Part shown: positions 26,347 to 31,967 of the stretch, piece after piece
Position numbering within the stretch: the first letter of the stretch is position 1
Layout: the number at the start of each line of letters is the position of its first letter
Source: a virus
Lineage: Duplodnaviria > Caudoviricetes
Length of the DNA stretch: 31,967 bases
IMG/VR virus record: IMGVR_UViG_3300020045_011112
Location: 1 to 31,967 of that record
Strand: one strand, 5' to 3'
Program-made: the position numbers and the translations under genes
The notes under the pieces: model-generated
What the model was told of the DNA's origin: nothing
Seen by the model: only the letters and a program-made list of their open reading frames with translations
Database searches by the model: none

Positions 26347-27260
26347 GGCACTGGTTGTTTAGTTTTATACTTGATAACTTCACGAGATACGGTCCTCAGA
26401 TCCATTTGTCCGTTACGATTTACCATCTTCATGATGCTCCGGATCTCTGAGTCCTGTGTAATACCGTTAGCCGATATGATACTAACGGCCATTTCGTTCA
26501 TGATCTGCCGCTTATCATCCGGTCCACCGGCCACATGTTTGCTGGATCTCTTACCCATACGGGAAAAAATCTCAGTCCAGCCAACCTTTTCCCGTGCGAT
26601 GTTCTTTTCAATCTTCCTTCTCAGTCCATCAGCACCCACCACATAAAAGCCACAGATGCCCTCCAGGTTATTATACAGGCGCTTCAATTCAAGGAATGCA
26701 CTGTCAGCCAGATCACCGGCCTCATCCAATATAATGAGCGGATTTTCGGTCAGTTGGATGGCATAAATTGCTTCTTCCATCAGGTCATCAATGCCGTTTG
26801 ATACGCCATCCACACCAACAGCCTTAGCCAGGGCTTTCACAAAGCGACCACGTTGACGGGAGTTGGAGCAATCGATATAATAAACATGTGGGCGCTGATG
26901 AGCGTAGTTTTTGCAGGCAAAGGTCTTACCGGTACCGGCATCATCCACCAATATGGAGGTAAAATGATACTGTTGGCACACCGAAAGTTGGCGATCAATG
27001 AACTGTTTCATCGAAGTTTCAGCCGTTTTCCAACGCATTTCATCGTTACGGGTAAATCCTACAATGCGGGCTATACGAATCCACTTGGAATCACCAATTA
27101 ACTGGGCGTTTTTAACCCAGTTTTCGTGCCTGATATTCGATAAATCGGCACTGTTTAAGCCTACCGAACGAGCAAACTGAGCCTGATTCATGCCCTTTGC
27201 TCCCTGTAATTTAATCAGGGCCTGTCCGATTGCTTGTTTTTCTTTCTGATTTAAGTTCAT
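26331..27260 (-). CDS. MuB-like AAA+ transposition ATPase
   Basis: N-terminal HTH, Walker A DAGTGKT, Walker B IILDEAG, EIFSR arginine finger. Confidence 0.9.
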   Translation of the reverse strand: MNLNQKEKQAIGQALIKLQGAKGMNQAQFARSVGLNSADLSNIRHENWVKNAQLIGDSKWIRIARIVGFTRNDEMRWKTAETSMKQFIDRQLSVCQQYHFTSILVDDAGTGKTFACKNYAHQRPHVYYIDCSNSRQRGRFVKALAKAVGVDGVSNGIDDLMEEAIYAIQLTENPLIILDEAGDLADSAFLELKRLYNNLEGICGFYVVGADGLRRKIEKNIAREKVGWTEIFSRMGKRSSKHVAGGPDDKRQIMNEMAVSIISANGITQDSEIRSIMKMVNRNGQMDLRTVSREVIKYKTKQPVPCLES

Positions 27261-27287
27261 AACTTTGTATTTACGATTTAAGTAGAG

Positions 27288-29543
27288 TTAGATCTGATCA
27301 AAGGCGTCCTGTGCGGGGTCCTTAAACGGAACCCGGGGGGCGCTTTTCAATTCAACATCATCAAAATCATAGGTCACCCGACCAACACCATTAAGCACCT
27401 GATCATACTCCTCTGCAATCTCTTCCTTTGGGTGCTTCAGATACGTATCGGTTAACTTTAGGGCATAAGGATCCATATTGGATAGATCATAACTGGTGGG
27501 ATCTACAGCAGCCCCAATTTCCAGGCGATGCTTTACATCCTTTACCGATTCTTCAAAATCAACAGCGATCTTAAGCGTTCGGGCCTTACGTTCATTATGA
27601 TGGGTTTCAGCAAAGCGATGGTCTACCGTTTTTTCAGCCTCTGATTTTCCGGCCAGTACTGCCGATTGACAGGTCAGGATATACTCTCCCTTAGGGGTAT
27701 ACAGATCGCAGTAATCAGCATCAGCACAAACATGTACCGGGAGTTGCGTGCTATGTCCGAGCATCCGGGAGATCCGATCCATGCCGGTAGTTTCATATTC
27801 GGGAATTTCATACCGGGTAACCTTCTTTTGTCCACGAATCACCCGGGTAATATTCACAAATCCACGGCCTGAACTGATATCGATATCGGTTTGATGTCCG
27901 AACAGGTAGCGACGTAATTTGTCGTCGATAGGTTTACAGTCAGGGTGTTTGAGTTCGAACAATTCGGCAGGAGTTACCCCGCTCGGCATGGGTGAGTTAT
28001 TCCAATCTTCGGCCACCTGAGAGAATTGAGCAATTACCTCCTGATAGGTTGGCAAATCTTCATTCTTAAGCACATGATCAGGGTTTGCCTGTCCCTCAAT
28101 ACCGCCTGTAAACGACGTACGAAGGAAGTTTGAACACTGCTTCAATGCCTGTTTTAGCAGTCTGAAATGAGTCTCCGCATCGTTAGCCTGGGAGTTACCC
28201 GGGGCAATGGTGCGAACGCGGTTAAATACACTATTCAAGAACGTCGTTGATACAGCACCCGTAAAGGCGCCGTGGTTATCACTCACAATCTCGAACATGG
28301 TTTGATTACCCCCGTTTTCAACGGCCATCTGTACGGCCTTATGAACCATATCAGGGGTCTCCTCATGATAACCTTCAGGTGATGGTGCCCATCCAGCGAT
28401 AAACTTACTGGCTACATCAGTAACCGTAATCACATACAGGTTCATGCGTCGGCATTTACCTTGTTTATCGTAGTATTTATACAGGAATGTTGCCGATCCG
28501 TCGGCAGCAAAAAGGCTGTGTGCGTACTTTAATTTGTCGCCAGGGACGTATGTAAGCACATGTTTACGATAATAATCCTGACCATGACGGGCCTGATCCA
28601 TCCGGATACGGGCCGGCCACCGGCTTACATGGTGATCAAATGCCCTCTCAGTTACCGGTTCAACGCCAAAATCACGGCAACTATCCACATACTGCTTGTA
28701 CATTTGAGTCTTCGATAGCTTAACGGGGCTATCTGGATTCATATATAGATAGTATATGATCTCCTGGTGAATATCAAAAGAGAGCAGTTCACCGGTATCG
28801 GGATCCATCAGTTTATTAAGACCCACCTTGAGGGCGTTATGATTACCGATATTATGATGCAACAGGTATTGACGTTGGATAACTGGATCACCTGGAAGCG
28901 CTGTAATTTTACGCCTCAGGTAGGCCGGAGAGGCAACACGCAATCCCTTTAACCCCTTTTTGATCAGGATATCGGCACAAATATTCAGGTACGTACCCTT
29001 ATTCCGTATGCCAACCTCAATCGTACGGTCGCTGATATAATAATCGTTCATCATCCGGAGCCATGCCAGGGCTTCTGATAGGTCCTGAGCGATTGAAGTC
29101 GGGTAAGTTTGAGGCGATTCAAAACGATACCAATCAGTATCAGCCTTATTAACGTATGATTTAACCATACCCTTAATGCGATCGGAAGCCGATTTTAAAG
29201 TATCCTGTTCCAGTTCTACCTCAGCAGCGTTCAGTCCTCCGAGTATTTCGGCCTCTGAAGGAAAGCGATCGCGGTACATTTGAGGGGCCTTGTTCGGAAT
29301 CCGTTTCAAATCATAAAAAAACCGACCGTTCACATGTGCCCAGCGCCATCCTTTGCCCGTGTCGGGCATGAATTTGTGGTGTTGGTATTGTGCGGAAACG
29401 GTCATTTTATATCGTCTTCTTAAGTCTCTGAAATATTCTTCACTAACCTCGCACACCTGCCTTACCAGCTCCTGGCTTACCCAAATGGTACGGCCGGAGG
29501 CATCGGTTTTGATCAGGATATCGGCAGGGTTGATGTGCATCAT
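27288..29543 (-). CDS. MuA-like DDE transposase
   Basis: FAADGS, VTDVASKFIAGW, VSDNHG and ANDAETHF catalytic triad; upstream of the MuB-like gene. Confidence 0.9.
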   Translation of the reverse strand: MMHINPADILIKTDASGRTIWVSQELVRQVCEVSEEYFRDLRRRYKMTVSAQYQHHKFMPDTGKGWRWAHVNGRFFYDLKRIPNKAPQMYRDRFPSEAEILGGLNAAEVELEQDTLKSASDRIKGMVKSYVNKADTDWYRFESPQTYPTSIAQDLSEALAWLRMMNDYYISDRTIEVGIRNKGTYLNICADILIKKGLKGLRVASPAYLRRKITALPGDPVIQRQYLLHHNIGNHNALKVGLNKLMDPDTGELLSFDIHQEIIYYLYMNPDSPVKLSKTQMYKQYVDSCRDFGVEPVTERAFDHHVSRWPARIRMDQARHGQDYYRKHVLTYVPGDKLKYAHSLFAADGSATFLYKYYDKQGKCRRMNLYVITVTDVASKFIAGWAPSPEGYHEETPDMVHKAVQMAVENGGNQTMFEIVSDNHGAFTGAVSTTFLNSVFNRVRTIAPGNSQANDAETHFRLLKQALKQCSNFLRTSFTGGIEGQANPDHVLKNEDLPTYQEVIAQFSQVAEDWNNSPMPSGVTPAELFELKHPDCKPIDDKLRRYLFGHQTDIDISSGRGFVNITRVIRGQKKVTRYEIPEYETTGMDRISRMLGHSTQLPVHVCADADYCDLYTPKGEYILTCQSAVLAGKSEAEKTVDHRFAETHHNERKARTLKIAVDFEESVKDVKHRLEIGAAVDPTSYDLSNMDPYALKLTDTYLKHPKEEIAEEYDQVLNGVGRVTYDFDDVELKSAPRVPFKDPAQDAFDQI

Positions 29544-29625
29544 TTTTAATTAGTGCCCCGGCGGGTTCCGATGTCGACCGCTGGCTGATGGGTTGGATCC
29601 GGGGCTGAGGGAATTGAAAGGAGAA

Positions 29626-29991
29626 CTAGGATAACAAGTACTGTTCGTACAGGGGCAAAAACGTCCGTCCTGCGTATTCCGCCAACGCTCTCGTTTTATA
29701 GCAAAGCCGAGAACCGAGAGCCGTAATCGCAGCCGAAGCCCCGAGAGTCGAGTAAACGCCACCGAAGCCCGCATCCGCGCCATGATTCGCAATACCACTA
29801 ACGATCGGAGCATAGAACCAGGGGAAGTAACATCTTTCATCAGCTTTAGGTAGCCATCCTTCATTGAGGTGTTTAGCCAGGAAAAGAAGTTTAATTTCAG
29901 CCTCAATACGTGGGCGAAATTCAGCAGGAACAGCAGTTAAATCAGGCATTTCGATGCCCAATTCTTCAAAGGTTTTTGGTAATTCAGTCAT
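29626..29991 (-). CDS. DGR target 2: 121-aa cytoplasmic early protein with an internal variable region
   Basis: Contains VR2 in the same reading frame as VR1 (APIVSG...GSRLC), followed by ~23 invariant residues; no signal peptide or TM segment. Confidence 0.88.
   Translation of the reverse strand: MTELPKTFEELGIEMPDLTAVPAEFRPRIEAEIKLLFLAKHLNEGWLPKADERCYFPWFYAPIVSGIANHGADAGFGGVYSTLGASAAITALGSRLCYKTRALAEYAGRTFLPLYEQYLLS
29700..29811 (-). repeat. Variable repeat VR2 (remote target)
   Basis: 19 mismatches versus TR over 112 bp, all at TR adenines. Confidence 0.96.
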
Positions 29992-30014
29992 GTTGATAAT
30001 GTTTAAAGAGATTA

Positions 30015-30218
30015 TTAAAGGTTGATAAGTGCATTTTTAGCCATCTTCTGAGCCTCTTTTTTCGAGAGTACCGGTGTGGTATTTAAGCAGGCGTGTTTGT
30101 CGTTGATATAGATCCTCCAGCCATCAGAAAAGAGACTCACCTGAGCATGGTTTTTACCTTGATCAAAGCGCCAGGTACTGGCATTGATCTTTACCCAGTC
30201 AGTAGATTGATCTTTCAT
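30015..30218 (-). CDS. Hypothetical protein (start MKDQST)
   Basis: ATGA coupling at 30215-30218. Confidence 0.6.
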   Translation of the reverse strand: MKDQSTDWVKINASTWRFDQGKNHAQVSLFSDGWRIYINDKHACLNTTPVLSKKEAQKMAKNALINL

Positions 30219-30448
30219 GGCTTCTGATTTTTTTGTTTTTCGAGGGTTTTGGCAATCTGAAGGATGATGCCAAAAACAACATAGGCCAACATGGCACTGG
30301 TAAGACCGATCAGTGTGAGCGTTTGAAGCTTTAAAAAGTACCCAACGAATACTGAAATAATTCCGCCAAAGAACAGGAACGGAACTATGTACCATAACCG
30401 ATCGCCGGTGCGGGTTAAAGACTCTTTAGAATCAGTGATTTTTGTCAT
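30215..30448 (-). CDS. Two-TM small membrane protein
   Basis: Two hydrophobic helices; ATGA coupling at both ends. Confidence 0.65.
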   Translation of the reverse strand: MTKITDSKESLTRTGDRLWYIVPFLFFGGIISVFVGYFLKLQTLTLIGLTSAMLAYVVFGIILQIAKTLEKQKNQKP

Positions 30449-30681
30449 GATTGCGGATGATTTATGATATTGGTTACATTAAACTGGCACCGGAATGAGC
30501 CATAACTGAGCTTTACAATGGGGCGCTGACCTACAAATATAGAGTCCAGCGGTACCCGTTCACCAACATAGCATTCACCAAAAGGAAACGATGCCAGTAT
30601 TTCACCATCTGAGGCAAGATCCCACTCCAGGAAGTCCTGTCCGTGGTCTTCAAATTCGATTGTAAGCGCTTTATCTTTCAT
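30445..30681 (-). CDS. Hypothetical protein
   Basis: In the early operon; contains FEDHGQDFLEW. Confidence 0.6.
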   Translation of the reverse strand: MKDKALTIEFEDHGQDFLEWDLASDGEILASFPFGECYVGERVPLDSIFVGQRPIVKLSYGSFRCQFNVTNIINHPQS

Positions 30682-30715
30682 ATAACATTAGGTTTGTTTG
30701 GTCGTAGGATATCAT

Positions 30716-30913
30716 CTAGGTCATGTCGGATACACTCAGTACAGCCAGCACCTGAGATGCCTTAATACGAATTGCCCTGGTTGTTTTAGTATCGCGCAAA
30801 ACCTTGTCTCTCAGCACATCAGACACATACCTTTGGGAGCATCCGACCGCGCCGGCAATGTTGCTTGAGTTGCGTCGTAAAATTTTTTTTTCTGTATCAG
30901 AATATTTTAACAT
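30716..30913 (-). CDS. Ner/Cro-like HTH regulator
   Basis: IAGAVGCSQRYVSDVLR HTH; first early gene, divergent from the repressor. Confidence 0.8.
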   Translation of the reverse strand: MLKYSDTEKKILRRNSSNIAGAVGCSQRYVSDVLRDKVLRDTKTTRAIRIKASQVLAVLSVSDMT

Positions 30914-30936
30914 AGCTTTGTTCTGTTATTTCTGAA

Positions 30937-30968
30937 CAAATGTATAGACAACTTTCTACACTGCCAAA
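30937..30968 (-). promoter_or_regulatory. Early promoter, Bacteroidota sigma-A type
   Basis: -33 TTTG (30965-30968), 20-nt spacer, -7 TACATTTG (30937-30944); the spacer contains the palindrome TAGA-6nt-TCTA (30945-30958), a possible operator. Confidence 0.75.
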
Positions 30969-30988
30969 TAAAACATAGAAAATATTCA

Positions 30989-31732
30989 GTGATTATAGAT
31001 AGAATTAAACAGTTTATTGATTATCTTGGTGTTAGTAACAACGAGTTCACCAGGACTGTAGGTCTATCTAATGGATTTTTAACAAGCGGGGCTAATAATA
31101 AGCGTTCAATTGGATCAGATATCATAGAGAGAATTCTATGTCAATACCCGCAATTGGATCCAATGTGGATTTTAACCGGTAACGGTTCAATGATAATTTC
31201 AAAAAGTGTAAATAATGTGAGCATTTTAGAGGACGGTGAAAATGCTCACAAAAATGCTCACAACTTAGTGCCAAAACAAAAAGTACACAAAACGTTAGCA
31301 TTGGCAGAAGATTCAGCACCGTATAATTATTCACGCAACTCTGCAAATTTATTCATACCATACTTACCCTCCCGGACGTTTTCCTTTATAACCACAGAGC
31401 CAGACTTGACCCAGTTTGAGACCTATCGTATACCCGGCCTTAGGAACGCTGATTTCCTAATGCCGTACTATGGTGATGATATGCACCCAACGGTATCGGC
31501 AGGTAATATTATAGCAGGTAAAATCGTAAAGAAAGCGCCACTGTACACCTGGGGAAGGGTTCACCTTTTTGAACTAGAGGAAGTGGGGGTTATTATGGGA
31601 CGGCTCAGGCCCGGATCAGAGGGTCATACTGTTAGGTGTGAGCCTGAAAATCCATCATTTCAAGCAATAGAGTTTCCGGTTGAAAATATAATCGCGATTG
31701 CCATGCTGATGGCAGTGATTAAAATCCTGTAG
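30989..31732 (+). CDS. CI-like repressor: HTH plus S24-like domain lacking catalytic Ser/Lys
   Basis: FTRTVGLSNGFL HTH, LDPMWILTGNGSM, and C-terminal GDDMHPT...GRL...ENPSF. Confidence 0.88.
   Translation: MIIDRIKQFIDYLGVSNNEFTRTVGLSNGFLTSGANNKRSIGSDIIERILCQYPQLDPMWILTGNGSMIISKSVNNVSILEDGENAHKNAHNLVPKQKVHKTLALAEDSAPYNYSRNSANLFIPYLPSRTFSFITTEPDLTQFETYRIPGLRNADFLMPYYGDDMHPTVSAGNIIAGKIVKKAPLYTWGRVHLFELEEVGVIMGRLRPGSEGHTVRCEPENPSFQAIEFPVENIIAIAMLMAVIKIL
31204..31287 (+). repeat. Inverted repeat, left arm (inside the repressor linker)
   Basis: 84/84 identity to the reverse complement of 31884-31967. Confidence 0.95.
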
Positions 31733-31883
31733 AATTATGCACAATCGCATAGTTGTTTTGTATCAATTGTTACATTTAAGGGAATTTAAGTAGAAGCCAT
31801 TGCACCCAAAATTAGAACCTGATGCACACATCCTTAATAACGTTACCCACTGGTTTACAGTGGAGTTAATTAATAATCACTTT

Positions 31884-31967
31884 TGTACTTTTTGTTTTGG
31901 CACTAAGTTGTGAGCATTTTTGTGAGCATTTTCACCGTCCTCTAAAATGCTCACATTATTTACACTT
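31884..31967 (-). repeat. Inverted repeat, right arm (truncated by the window end)
   Basis: Reverse complement of 31204-31287. Confidence 0.95.

Larger units (their letters stand above)
50..31967. mobile_element. Mu-like transposable prophage (siphovirus-type tail) carrying a DGR; right end probably at or beyond the window edge
   Basis: DDE transposase plus AAA ATPase, DUF3164, GemA-like gene, Mu gp28/29/30/36/G-like head genes, repressor/ner pair. A 17-bp motif near both ends is in inverted orientation (59-75 vs 31883-31899). The left boundary near 50 is inferred. Confidence 0.9.

Overview
A nearly complete (~32 kb) Mu-like transposable prophage with a siphovirus-type tail, probably from a Bacteroidota host (TAnnTTTG promoter, signal peptides followed by Gln, gene content). 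From right to left: a CI-like repressor divergent from a Ner/Cro-like gene; an early operon with MuA-like transposase, MuB-like ATPase, DUF3164, GemA-like gene and tRNA-Glu; divergent head operons (terminase/portal rightward, protease/capsid leftward); amidase; tail genes; and a diversity-generating retroelement (DGR) at the left end. Main findings: (1) One template repeat (TR, 1846-1957) diversifies two genes, each with 19 adenine-only mismatches: the adjacent C-type-lectin-fold receptor-binding-like gene (VR1, 2037-2148) and a small cytoplasmic early gene next to the transposase, ~27.7 kb away (VR2, 29700-29811). (2) The repressor's S24 domain lacks its catalytic residues and is flanked by a perfect inverted repeat of at least 84 bp that contains the phage-end motif, suggesting a possible DNA-rearrangement switch. 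(3) Three tail-module proteins, including the DGR target, carry Sec signal peptides. (4) No Avd gene is recognisable. All alignments were done by eye and no database searches were run, so family assignments rest on motif recognition and gene order.
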